Source: the human T2T-CHM13v2.0 reference genome, Homo sapiens
Strand: one strand, 5' to 3'
NCBI RefSeq assembly: GCF_009914755.1
Contig: NC_060931.1
DNA length: 64,000 nucleotides
The translations under genes and the position numbers were made by a program. The notes under the pieces are model-generated. The model made no database searches and was not told the origin of the DNA. It saw only the letters and a list, made by a program, of their open reading frames with translations. Below, piece by piece: positions 1 to 16,949 of the stretch. Position 1 is the stretch's first letter. The number at the start of each line of letters is the position of its first letter.

Positions 1-643
1 TTAGCTGTGTGATGTTGGAAATGGCATTTACTATTTCAGGTTTACTGTTTTATACTTATTTTAGATGAAAGTTCGTCTAGTTAATCATTTATTCCTTTGA
101 ATGTCACCTAAAAATCTTTGAATATAAATCAATAGCCACTAGAAAGCACACTGCACCTTTAATGAGGGTAATTCAAAGGTCTTACAGAAGACAGTTCTGA
201 AAAAACTGAAATTACACAGAAGCTCTGCTTTTCATCCCTGCTTCTTTGGCAAAGGTAGACTGAACTTGAATTCAAAATGTTCTCTACTTGAGCTATACAA
301 AAACCCAAAAGATGCACAGACAGCAAACAAATAAAAATACTACCTAGAATATTCTCCAATGGATATAAATGATTCTCAATTCAGTCACATCTTTAACATA
401 TTATTAAGTTAGTGCAGAGGCCTCCTCTTCAATGTTTTCAGATTTCTCCATCTCAGGCTGCTCTTTGGCCTCATGCTATACCAACCAGTTATTTAGCCCT
501 CTATGCTGATTAAATGCTGGAGAGTCATAGATTCCCTTGCCAGGCTACCCAAATGTTGGGCTATTCCATAAATATGATTTTCTTGTTATATATAATGGTG
601 GCTCTTTACATCTCCATATTTCAGGGCCCTAGAAAACCTCTGC

Positions 644-946
644 AGCCTGGCACAGTGGCTCACACCTGTAATTTTGGCACTTTGGGAGGCCAAAGTGGGA
701 GGATTGCTTGAGGACAGGAGTATGAGACTAGCCTGAGCAATATACAAAGACCCTGCTTCTGCAAAAAAAAAAAAATAATTAATAATAATACAAAGTAGCT
801 GGGAATGGTGGCATATGCCTATAGTCCCAGGAAGCTGAGGTGGGAGTATCACATGAGTCCTGCAGGTTGAAGCTGCAGTGTGCTGATTTCATCACTGCAC
901 TCCAGCCTGGATGACAGAGTGGGACACTGTCTTTAAACAAACAAAC
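644..946 (+). mobile_element. Alu, old (AluJ-like), dimeric
   Basis: Left arm 'gcctggcacagtggctcacacctgta', A-rich linker, right arm ending 'gacactgtct', (AAAC)n tail. J-type 'ggaggattgcttgag'. Flanked by 'aaacctct' repeats (TSD-like). Confidence 0.92.
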
Positions 947-1989
947 AAACCTCTCAGTTCTAGGGAATGGCCGGAGTTTAGAAACACAGAATTATTCCTT
1001 ACATAGCTGAATTGATTGGGTTCTACATTGGTTAGATTTACTTAGGTCTGCCTAACCTCTCTTGAATTATATTAGTCCATCTCTATTATAGCAGAGACAA
1101 TTTGACTAATAGATGCAAACAGACAAGAAAGATGATTGACTATTCAGAATTAATAAAGAGCAGGAGAGTTTTCATGTTTTGAGGGATGAACAAAGTGTTA
1201 AGAAAATGGTTTTCTAATCTGTATTCCTGAAAGGCCCCAGGTTAATAAAAGGAGCTATTAAATTATTAATAGCTTTAAGGAAATCAGATACCATATTTTT
1301 AAATTTTATTTGCAATCTATTTTAAAATGAATAAGGCTGAAATGTTATTTGCTCTGCAGGTTCTCCTTTCCTACATCCCCTTTAACAATGACACTCAACA
1401 AAAAGCATACGACTGATTCAAAACTCACATTAGTGGTGGTCTGATACATAAAAATCTCCAGTTTAGCAAATAAAGTAATATTTTCACAATTGCTTCTAAT
1501 AATTAATCCACAGCATTCTTACTTTTAAATAGCATTTTTAAATGCTAGTTTTAATGCTATTTTAAATGCTATTTAAAAAGTATTTCAAATACATTTTCCT
1601 TTCTAAAATTGTATTCATTAGAATTTATAATATATTTTGCTGTTTTAAATAAATTATGTACTATTAACAATTGTAATAAAAACTTACCTAGAAGATACAT
1701 AGAGATTTATGGTAACAGGGACTCAAATTTTAAAATAAATATTTGTAGAGAAGTATGATAAGATATTCAATATAAGGCCTTCGAGCATAAAATCATATTA
1801 CATTAGGACAAATTAATGTTGCTAAATTGGAATGGGAATAGAAATTCATGAAGACAGAATGAATGATATAAAATGTCCAACTCAAAGTAACAGTTCATTC
1901 ATATGTTTTTAAATAAATGATGTTATCAATTATCATGGTATTTATACTCAAGTTCTGTCAATATTTAAACATATCATACTTTCAACTAT

Positions 1990-2457
1990 CTATACTTGCT
2001 TAAGAATAAAAAATAGAAGATGGCCGAATAGGAACAGCTCCAGGCTACAGCTCCCAGCATGAGCGACGCAGAAGACCGGTGATTTCTGCATTTCCAACTG
2101 AGGTACCAGGTTCATCTCACTGGGGAGTGTTGGAAAGTGGGTGCAGGACAGTGGGTGTGGTGCACTGAGCGTGAGCCGAAGCAGGGCGAGGCATCGTGTC
2201 ACCCCAGAAGTGCAAGGGGTCAGGTAATTCCCTTTCCAAGTCAAAGAAAGGAGTGACAGATGGCACCTGGAAAATCGGGTCACTCCCACCCTAATACTGC
2301 ACTTTTCCAACGGTCTTAGCAAACGGCACACCAGGAGATTATATACCTCACATGGCTCGGAGGATCCTGTGCCCACGGAGCCTCGCACATCGCTAGCACA
2401 GCAGTCTGAGATCAAACTGCAAGGCCACAGTGAGGATGGGGGAGGGGCGCCTGCCAT
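1990..2457 (-). CDS. L1 antisense ORF0 homologue, open for 155 aa
   Basis: Translation from the ATG at 2457, MAGAPPPSSLWPCSLISDCCAS...IRVGVTRFSRC, matches primate L1 ORF0. No stop until 1990 in the flank. Expression unknown. Confidence 0.6.
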   Translation of the reverse strand: MAGAPPPSSLWPCSLISDCCASDVRGSVGTGSSEPCEVYNLLVCRLLRPLEKCSIRVGVTRFSRCHLSLLSLTWKGNYLTPCTSGVTRCLALLRLTLSAPHPLSCTHFPTLPSEMNLVPQLEMQKSPVFCVAHAGSCSLELFLFGHLLFFILKQV

Positions 2458-3049
2458 TGCCCAGGCTTGAGAAGGTAAACAAAGCAGCCAGGAAGCTCGA
2501 ACTGGGTGGAGCCCACCACAGCTCAAGGAGGCCTATGTGACTCTGTAGACTCCACCTCTAGGGGCAGGGCACAGCCAAACAAAAGGCAGCAGAATCCTCT
2601 GCAGACTTAAATGTCCCTGTCTGACAGCCTTGAAGAGAATAGTGGTTCTTCTAGCATGCAGCTGGATATCTGAGAATGGACAGATTGCCTCCTCAAATGG
2701 GTCCCTAACCCCCAAGTAGCCTAACTGGGAGGCACCCCCTAGAAGGGGCAGACTGACACCTCACACGGCCAGGTACTGCTCTCAGACAAAACTTCCAGAG
2801 GAATGATCAGGCAGCAACATCTGCTGTTCACCAACATCTGCTGTTCACCAACATCCGCTGTTCTGCAGCCTCCACTGCTGATACCCAGGCAAACAGGGTC
2901 TGGAATGGACCTCCAGCAAACTCCAACAGACCTGCAGCTGAGGGTCCTGACTGTCAGAAGGAAAACTAACAAACAGAAAAGACATCCACACCAAAAATCC
3001 ATCTGTACGTCACCATCATCAAAGACCAAAGGTAGATAAAACCACAAAG
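2017..3049 (+). promoter_or_regulatory. L1 5'UTR: internal sense promoter and antisense promoter
   Basis: YY1 motif aagatggcc at the start and a relatively CpG-containing 5'UTR. Promoter function is established for the family, not shown for this copy. Confidence 0.7.
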
Positions 3050-4066
3050 ATGGGGAAAAAACAGAGCAGAAAAACTGGAAACTCTAAAAATCAGAGCACC
3101 TCTCCTCCTCCAAAGGAACACAGCTCCTCACCAGCAACGGAACAAAGCTGGATGGAGAATGACTTTGACGAGTTGAGAGAAGAAGCCTTCAGACGATCAA
3201 ACTACTCTGAGCTAAAGGAGGAAGTTCAAACTCATGGCAAAGAAGTTAAAAACCTTGAAAAAAAATTAGACAAATGGCTAACTAGAAAAACCAATGCAGA
3301 GAAGTCCTTAAAGGACCTGATGGAGCTGAAAACCAAGGCACGAGAACTACATGACGAATGCACAAGCCTCAGTAGCCGATGTGATCAACTGGAAGAAAGG
3401 GTGTCAGTGATGGAAGATCAAATGAATGAAGTGAAGCCAGAAGAGAAGTTTAGAGAAAAAAGAATAAAAATAAATGAATAAAGCCTGCAAGAAATATGGG
3501 ACTATGTGAAAAGACCAAATCTACGTCTGATTGGTGTACCTGAAATTGATGGGGAGAATGGAACCAAGTTGGAAAACACTCTGCAGGATATTATCCAGGA
3601 GAACTTCCCCAATCTAGCAAGGCAGGCCAACATTCAAATTCGGGAAATACAGAGAATGCCACAAAGATACTCCTCGAGAAGAGCAACTCCAAGACACATA
3701 ATTGTCAGACTGACCAAAGTTGAAATGAAGGAAAAAATGTTAAGGGCAGCCAGAGAGAAAGGTCGGGTTGCCTACAAAGGGAAGCCTATCAGATTAACCA
3801 CTGATCTCTTGGCAGAAATTCTACAAGCCAAAAGAGAGTGGGGACAAATATTCAACATTCTTAAACAAAAGAATTTTCAACCCAGAATTTCATATCCAGC
3901 CAAACTAAGCTTCATAAGTGAAGGAGAAATAAAATACTTTACAGAAAAGCAAATGCTGAGAGATTTTGTCACCACCAGGCTTGCCCTAAAAGAGCTCCTG
4001 AAGGAAGCACTAAACATGGAATGGAACAACCAGTACCAGCTGCTGCAAAAACATGCCAAATTGTAA
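3050..4066 (+). pseudogene. L1 ORF1p (RNA-binding chaperone) with one in-frame nonsense codon
   Basis: MGKKQSRK...HAKL spans 338 codons. The two track ORFs are in the same frame, separated by TAA at 3479-3481. REKG and YPAKLS motifs present. Confidence 0.95.
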
Positions 4067-4129
4067 AGAACATTGAGGCTAGGAAGAAACTTCATCAACT
4101 AATGAGCAAAATAACCAGCTAACATCATA

Positions 4130-7951
<3,822 letters not shown>

Positions 7952-8404
7952 ACAATGAGAACACATGGACAAAGGAAGGGGAACATCACACACCGGGGCC
8001 TGTTGTCGGGTGGCGGGAGCCGGGAGGGATAGTTTTAGGAGATGTGCCTAATGTTAAATGACGAGTCAATGGGTGCAGCACACCAACATGGCACATGCAT
8101 ACATATGTAACTAACCTGCACGTTCTGCACATGTACCCTAAAACTTAAAGTATAAAAAAAAAATAAAAAACAGATGTAACTTTAAAATATGTGAGGAGTA
8201 GTACAGTTCTAGTACGGTTCTAACAATTATTTTGGGATAACAATAATACCTGGATGGTTGAGTTACATTATTGAACAAAGTATAAAATTGGCAACTCAAA
8301 TAATAATAATATCAATAATTTAAATAATGAAAACTTAATAGCCTGGTGTAAAAAGCACATCTGACATATCTTACATTGAAACCTTTGTATAATGAAATAC
8401 GCAT

Positions 8405-8545
8405 TATTACAACATATTTATAGATGAAGAAACTGACCATTCAGGTAACATGGACAAGTAGCTTCCTCAAAGTTACAATAACATGAAAAGCACAGCCTGG
8501 ACAACACTGTGATTCCAGTGTTTGCTCTTTCTACCAAACTTCCAT
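8405..8545 (-). mobile_element. MIR fragment
   Basis: 'atatttatagatgaagaaactgac' resembles the antisense MIR core. Highly diverged. Confidence 0.55.
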
Positions 8546-11500
8546 CTAAATGTAAAAGGTAATGAAACATAGACAACAGTATGTACCAATTTTCATCTGT
8601 GTATCTTCACTGATACAAAAAATCTTGTAAAACCCTTTGTGTTTGGGTCTCATAAAAACAACCCCAGTTTATAATTATTTAACAATTACGACATTATAAT
8701 GTTATATGTTTCCTTCCCAGATCCCTAATATCTTTTCATTTGAACTACTTCTCTGTAATTAGTATAGGTCACTTTTCCAGTTTTTGTTAAAATATTATTA
8801 GTGAAGCACCAGTGGATTTAATGTCATCAGATCCAATGAAGTTAAATTGCTTCTTGTGAATGATAATTCTCAGTAGCAAATTATCCCTGAATTCATCATG
8901 AATATTAACACTTATAATCATCTTTATTTAAAAAGAAGTCTAAATTAATTTAGTCCAAAAGTGATAAAAAATTGTATTAGACTAAATTGTTGCCATCGGC
9001 TGTAATAAGGGAATGAATGCCTGAAACATCAAGAATATTTGTTATGTTGCTACTACGTTGCTCTCACATTTCCCTCTCTAATAGAGTGTTAGTATCAGCC
9101 TTCATTTGGTATTCTCAAGCTCAGGCCAACATTGGCATCCAATAAACCTTGTCAATTACTTTGACTTGAAAAGAAAATCTTGAGCACTGCAAGTGCCCAC
9201 AACCATCTCACGTTTTGCCCTCAAATATCTGTTAGGAAATATTACCAACTGTTAATCCAGCATTTGTTGTGGAAAGAAGCACTATTGTAATTGACTTCCA
9301 CTACATGAACACACTGATTTAATGTAATCTAAGACATCTGTTTCAATACCTCAACAATATGCCCCTTCTGAGTACCTAAAAATGTCTTTGGGTCATGGGA
9401 TTGTTACAGTTTGGCCTTTAAGGGGAAAACAGTTCTTCAATTCACTTTCAGCCATTTCCAGTATTTATAAATGGCACTAGGAGTATTTATAAATGGCACT
9501 CTCTGATAATTGGAAAATGTCTCAAGAAACTTTATTCTACATCACTATCCCCAAAAGACATGCTTAAAACTTGCTATATATTTACAGGTCAGAGGATATA
9601 ATCTTAAGCACATCATCATTAATTTTCCTCAGTACTAAGAAATTTTATCTGTTACAATCAACCTTGACTCAAACCTGGAGAACAGCATCACAATGAAGTT
9701 TAAGTATAATTGTATACCATCTACACTAAATATCACAGACGTTTAGTGATGGAAGCTTGTGTTTTGAAAAACGCATTTTTCATTTGGCTCTGTTTTAAAC
9801 ACAGAATACTTTATTGGTTGTGGAAACTGAATAACATATGAAAAAGTTTCACATCTGTTATTAAGCCAGTTGCATGTTATTCCTAAATGGCAAACTTGGA
9901 CAATTATGAGGATAGCAGATAAAAAAGAAATGGGTAAGAACGGAAGTAAAAATACTTAGGTGAAAGATTGCCCTTTTTGAGTGAACCTGATGACAGACAT
10001 GGATTGCAGAATTGAGCAAGAAGGAAAGTATTTTCAGAATAAGTAGAGGGGACCTTTTCCTAATTACTAATCATAGTGATGTTCTTGACATTTCTAAGCC
10101 TTAAAGGAGCAGAAATTCATAATAGACTGAATCACACCTTTCCATAATTATGCAGTCAGAGGGCACAAAAATAAAGGCATTCTTTAAAGTTCAGAATGGA
10201 GTAAAATTCACTTTCTAAATATTATATATTAATATTTAATATTAATATTAGATACCAATATTAGATAACTATTTGAATATCAAAATAGTTATTTCCAATT
10301 CATAAGAATAAAGGCATTTCTTAAACAAAATTTACTTGCTAAAATGTGTTTATAAGAGAGAGGTTCATATGCTATTATAAGATACAATTCATCTAAGGCT
10401 CATTGCATTGCTAGTAAAGTCAATTACTTTTTTCTTGGTTACACATTATTTGGCAGGAAGTCTATTGTTGCTGAAACATTTAGGTTTTACACGTAGGCTT
10501 ATTTTATAGGAAGCAATGGTAGTATTGTTTTAAAGAGAAGCAATATAATGCATTTTAGGGCCTCTGAAGGTGAAGATTTATTGTACACGATGGTGCCAAA
10601 AATAGATAGCATAGCCTGGCAATATACAAACGTGTCCATGGTCGTGACACAGCAGTCTAGTATCTACATGCAAAATGTCTCCTAGTTCAGCCCAGAAACT
10701 CCAATGGAGACTGGCAGCTTAGTCTTATAATAATGCATCCAAATATGAGGCAGAGTTCTAAAATATGCACCTCCATGTGCAAATAAAACTCTCATATATT
10801 TACTAACATACAAATTTTCCATAGAAATTGCCTATTAAGGTTTAATGTGTTAAGAAAAATTTATTTTCAACATTATTTTAATTCTCAGACTTTTATTAAA
10901 CCAACTAGTTTACATGTATAAAATGCTTAAATAGCATTTAATAATTATCTTAGTATCGATGTTATCTAAATTAATTCTCATCAGCCTATTGAAACAATAA
11001 AACTTTAGTTAGTAATTCACCTCTACTGTCCAAAATAATTTAGTCAAAGGGCAAAATATGATGTTTCCAGACAGAAATATCAATGTTTGCTGTGAGCATG
11101 TATTTGAAAATAATGAAGAGTAATTTTAAGTATTTTTGTAAGTAATTTACTTGTCTTATTGTAGAGTAAAACAACTTTAGTGGTAGTCTGACATGTCATA
11201 ACACAGAAGACTGTTTCTTATTGCCTTTATTTAGAAAAATGAATGTAATTGTATGTAATTTGAATAAAGTTTTCAGCTTAGAAAAATATGACAATTTCAT
11301 CCCACTGTATTAAAATGTTATAAGAGCATGAAAACATTAAGTTATGCATTTAAGCATAACTGATATTATAAATTACTTGTCATACTAATGATCCAATTGA
11401 TCAAAAAAATGTGAAAATATGGAAGGATGATTACCTCATGTTTTTAACAAATATGTTCAGTAGTATAGGATCCTTTGAAAACAGGAATATATGATTCAGA

Positions 11501-12940
11501 ATAACTTACATTATTTGATTTGATTGGGGTATGCTACTTTTATATATAGGATATGTAGTTAGACTGAAAAACAATGAAGGTCAGGTGATGTAATAGGTTT
11601 TACGATTTTCGAAGATGAAAAACCAATGCTAATGTGATTTACCTTAAAGATCTGTTATTTTTTAATTTCTAGTTTTTCTTCTCCAATATACTGATATTGA
11701 GTCTTTTGTTAAATATCTACAAAGATACACATACCTATTAATTATGGTTATTCTCATTGGCACTATTTTCCTTATTTCAATAAAGGAGCATAGGTAATTC
11801 AGTATCACATTATATCATAGTTGGTTATTTATATGGTCTTATATTCAGGGCACCTGCCTGCCTCACAGCATGTCATGTTTATTTAATTTGATAGGACAAA
11901 TCTTTTAAAGCCTTATCAGTGTTACACATGGTTGGGAAAGTATTGTATAGCATTATTTCTAGACAAAATATATAAAAGAAAATTATACATTTTGGAAGGA
12001 TTTTTAAAATGAGGTAATGCCTATAAATTCTTTAGCACTTTATCAGGAATGCAGAAAATGGTTAATAGATTCTAAATTTAAAAATTTAATATATGAGTCA
12101 CCAACTATTTTTATATTTCTGTATTAACCAAATTGAAACTGATAGTCTAAAGGAGATTAAGACTTTTAAAAAAGCTTTTAAAGTCAGAGAAAATGTAATA
12201 AGAAATATTTTATATAATAAACTGCTGAATAATAATAATGGGAAAAATCTTAAGAGAAACTGTAGGAGAAGAGATACTGACAAAATATTTAGAAGCAACT
12301 AAGAAAGATTATTAACATAGGGAAACAAATACAAAATTGTTTTCTTACGATTATGTGAAAAAACTATAAAATGCTAATAAGGGATCATTCTAAAAGCAAA
12401 AAAGGCAACAGAAAAGAGGCAAATTATTTGGAATTAAAAATTATTTGGAATTAAAAATTATTTTAGGGCAAAACAAGCTTATGAAGGCCTATAAAAGAGC
12501 CAGAAGAAGGCTTTTGATAAAAAATTGAGGCACAGTGATATTGAAAAAGTGACTAAGGAATCAGATTTCAAATAGAACCAAATAAACCAAATAGAATTTC
12601 ATATATATATATATGGTAGTGCGAATTTATTAGATAGGTTTACTCAGAATGTTTAACCTAAGTGAAGAAAGTATGAGTGAATTCAAAGATAGATGTGATT
12701 AACTGATCCAGAATACAGCCCAGTAATTGAACACATAAAAGTGTGAAAATACATGGAAAGAAAAGTTTCAACACAGATGTGCTTTGAGTTTTAGAAAGAC
12801 TTTTTTAATATATTTAATATATTAAATTTAATATAATTCTGGTTAATGTGCAAATTGATTACTTGGAGGGAAGTTGACATATCATAAATTTTCACATTTG
12901 TATCACTGGTTTACAGCAATCCAACTCCTAGGTATATAAC

Positions 12941-15261
12941 TGTATTAGTCCGTTATCATCATCACACGGCTGATAAAGACGTCCTTGAGACTGGGTAATT
13001 TACAAAAGAGGTTTAATTGGACTTACAGTTCCACGTGGCTAGGGAAGCCTCACAATCATGGCGGAAGGCAAGGAGGAGCAAGTCACATGTTACATGGATC
13101 TTACAAGTCACATCTTACATGGATGGCAGCAGGCAAAGAGAGAGAGCTTGTGCAGGGGAACTCCTCTTCTTAAAACCATCAGATCTTGAGAGACTTATTC
13201 ACTATCACAAGAACAGCATGGGAAAGACTTGCCCTCATAATACAATTACCTCCCATTGGGTGTCTCACACAACACATGGGAATTCAAGATGAGATTTGGG
13301 TGGGGACACAGCCAAATGATATCATTCCACCCTGGCCCCTCCAAAATCTCATGTCCTCATATTTCAAAACCAATCATGTCTTCCCAACAGTCTCCCAGTC
13401 TTAACTCATTTCAGCATTAACTCAAAAGTCCACAGTCCAAAGCCTCATCCAAGACAAGGAAGTCTCTTCCACCTATGAGCCTATAAAATCAAAAGCAAGT
13501 TAGTTACTTCCTAGATACAGTCAGGGTACAGGCATTGGGTAAATACAGCCAATCCAACTGGGAGAAATTGGCCAAAACAAAGGGGCTACAGGCCTGATGC
13601 AAGTCTAAAATCCAGTGGGGCAGTCAAATCTTAAAACTCCAAAATAATTTCCTTTGATTCTATGACTCACATCCAGGTCATGCTCATGCAAGAGGTAGGT
13701 TCCCATGGTCTTGAGCAGCTCTGCCCTTGTGGATTTGCAGGGTACAGCCTCCCTCCCAGCTGCTTTCACAGGCTGGCATTGAGTGTCTGCAGCTTTTCCA
13801 GGTGCACAGTACAAGCTGTCAGTGAATCTACCATTCTGGAGTCTGGAGGATTGAGGCCCTCTTCTCACAGCTCCATTAGGCAGTTCCCCATTAGGGACCC
13901 TGCGTGGGGCCTCTGATCCCATATTTTCCTTCCTCACTGTTCTTGCAGAGGTTTTCCATGAGAGCCCTGCCCCTGCAGCAAACTTCTGCCTGAACATCCA
14001 GGAGTCTTCATACATCTTCTGAAATCTAGGTGGAGGTTCCCAAACCCCAATTCTTGACTTCTGTGCACTCACAGGCTCAACACAGCATGCAAGCTGCCAA
14101 GCCTTGGGGCTTGCACCTTCTCAAGCCATGGCCTTAGCTCTACGTTGGCCCCTTTCATCCATGGCTGGAGCTGATGGGACACAGGGCACCAAGTCCCTAG
14201 GCTGCACACAGCATGAGGACCCTGGGCCTGGCCCAGGAAATCACTTTTTTCTTCTAGGCCCCTAGCCCTGTGATGAGAGGGGCTGCCATGGAGATCTCAG
14301 GCATGCCCTGGAGACTTTTTCCCCATCATCTTGGGGATTAACATTCAGTTCCTCATTACTTACATAAATTTCTGCAGCCAGCTTGAATTTATCCTCAGAA
14401 AATGGGATTTTCTTTTCTATTGCATTGTCAGTCTGCAAATTTTCCAAACTTTTATGCTCTGCTTCCCTTATAAAACTGAATGTCTTTAACAGCACCCAAC
14501 TCAATTCTTGAATGCTTTGCTGCTTAGAAATTTCTTCTGCCAGATATCCTAAATCATCTCTCTCAAGTTCAAAGTTCCAAAAATCTCTAGGGCAGGGGCA
14601 AAATGCTGCCAGTCTATTTGCTAAAACATAACAAGAGTTACATTTGCTCAAGGTCCCAACAAGTTCCTCATTTCCATCTGAGACCCCCTCAGCCTGGACC
14701 TTATTGTCCATATCACTGTCAGCATTTTGGGCAAAGTCATTCAACAAGTCTCTAGGAAGTTCCAAACTTTCCTACATTTTTCTGTCTTCTTCTGAGCCCT
14801 CCAAACTGTTCCAACCTCTGCCTGTTACCCAGCACCAAAGTCGCTTCCACATATTTGGGTATTTCTTCAGCAATGCCTCACTCTACTGATACCAATATAC
14901 TGTATTAATTCATTTTCCTGCTCCTGATAAAGGCATTCCAGAGACTGGACAATTGACAAAAAAAAGAGGTTTAACTGGACTGACTTACAGTTCCCTGTGG
15001 CTGGGAATGCCTTACAATCATGGAGGAAGGCAATCAGAAGCAAGTCACATCTTACATGGATGGCAGCAAGCAAACAGAAAGAGCTTGTGCAGGGGAACTC
15101 CTCTTTTTAAAACCATCAGATCTCATGTGACTTATTCACTGTCATGAGAACAGCACAGGAAAGACTTGCCCCCATAATACAATTACCTCCCACTGGGTCC
15201 CTCCCATAACATGTGGAAATTTAAGATGAGATTTGGGTGGGGACACAGCCAAGCCATAACA
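12941..15261 (-). mobile_element. Complete THE1 (ERVL-MaLR) provirus: LTR-internal-LTR
   Basis: LTRs at 12941-13324 and 14901-15261 (tgtattagt...tca). ~1.58-kb THE1-int with residual ORFs (14262-14765, 13605-14072). 5-bp TSD ataac/gtaac. Confidence 0.95.
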
Positions 15262-15845
15262 GTAACCTAGAGGAAACCTTGCAGGTACACTAGAGGACAT
15301 ACAGGAGCATATTCATTGAAGAAGCAATAGAAAAATAAACCTAAACTTTATCACTGTTGTAAACAATAAGTTGTGATATTTAGAAGCAATTGAATATTAT
15401 ATAGCAGTGGGAATAAATGACTACAGCCACATTTGATGAGAAGAATGAATTTCAAAAGGATGAAGGATGTTAGGCGAAAAGAAAAATCTGAGAATATATA
15501 CACAGTATTATTTCATTTATGCAAATTAAGTATAGGCAACATTAAATAGTGTATTGTTTAGATATACATAGTTAAGTAACAAGTCTATAAAAAACAAGGC
15601 AATTGTTATCATGAAATTTCAGACAGTAGTTATGTTTGGGAAGAGAGAAAGAGACGGAATGAGATTGCAGAAGGAGGAAAAATGCACTGGCCTGGATGCG
15701 GATGATGTGATATCTAAGAAAAATTAAAGTTGTATTTCTTAATTCACAGGGCAACAACAGTGTTCACATTAGCATTTTTATTTAAGCATAACATGTAGTC
15801 TTCGTACATGTTTTCTGCATGACACATTTCACCATAAAAAAGTTT
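15262..15845 (+). mobile_element. Ancient L1ME-type 3' end, split by the THE1 insertion (left part about 12905-12940)
   Basis: 'cagcaatccaactcctaggtatataac' before the THE1 continues as 'ctagaggaaaccttgc...' after it, followed by a diverged L1M 3'UTR ending 'cataaaaaag'. Confidence 0.7.
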
Positions 15846-15984
15846 GAAAGTAAAATTATGTGTGCAACCAATAAAACATTTTTGAAAATGGCTTACTTAT
15901 TTTGTTTGGTAATACAAAAACGAAGTAAAATATGGACCCATATTTTAAAATAAAACATGAACTGTGATCATCAAATAAGATATT

Positions 15985-16367
15985 TGCTATGGACTGAATT
16001 GTCTTCCCTTAAAATTCATATGTAAAAGCCCTAACCCTTAATGTGACTATATTTGGAACCAGGGACTTTAAGGTTAACAATGTCAAAATGGTGGGGCACT
16101 AATCCAATATTAGTGGTTTCCTTATAAGAAAAGGAAGAAACACCAGAGTGTGTACTCAATCTCCCCCACACCCACAGAAAGAGAAAAAGGCCATGTGAGG
16201 ACACAATGAGAAGGCAACCCAGGAAGAGAAGCCTCGTTAGAAATCAACCCTGATGGCACCTTGATCTAGGACTTCTGGCCTCCAGAACTGTAAGAAAATT
16301 AATATCTGGTTTTTAAGGCATCCAGTCTGTAATAATTTGTTATGGAACCCCTAGCAGACTAATAACA
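15985..16367 (+). mobile_element. MLT1 (MLT1A/B-like) solo LTR
   Basis: tgctatggactgaattgt... 'ggacttctggcctccagaactgtaaga'... gactaataaca. Confidence 0.88.
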
Positions 16368-16949
16368 ACATTATATATAAAGTCTGTTTGAAAAGTGTAA
16401 CTTGTTTTATAAATGACATTGCCATTATTACTGGAATTGCTAATACCAGAAGCATTATTAATAGCCCTCAATTCACCACCTGATTTCAAGAGCAAAATAA
16501 ACACATAGTGCACACTATCTCTGCACTATTAATGCTGATTAAAATAGCTATACCATCTACAGATCATAAAATTATATCCTAATACCTTTAAAATAGAGTA
16601 AATCTGAGCTAATACACTGAGAAAGAGACAAACAGAGGATATGCTTACTAGTTGTGCCAAATAAAGCATTATTTAATGGCCTTGGTCACTTTTTCTTTAT
16701 TCTTACTGTCAATTACTTATATTCCTTTAAAGTCTGCCCAATACTACTTATCTCTTCTTTGTTTTGCTACCCTAAATTTTTTTAAAAATAATATCTCCTT
16801 ATAAATCCCAACTTAGATCAAATTAATCTGTCCTTCAAAAATCATACTTCAGGATTTCCTCTTTTGATCACAATGATCAATTAAAACTGAACTAGCCCTC
16901 CCTCATAAAGAGCTAGAAAACTGAACAAAATAAATGAAAACTAAACTCT

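Noticed and set aside
1-80. MIR-like start 'ttagctgtgtgatgttgg'
   Set aside because: Too short and diverged to call at the window edge.
12093-12302. Overlapping 66-69 aa ORFs on both strands
   Set aside because: Low-complexity AT-rich sequence. ORFs of this size are expected by chance.
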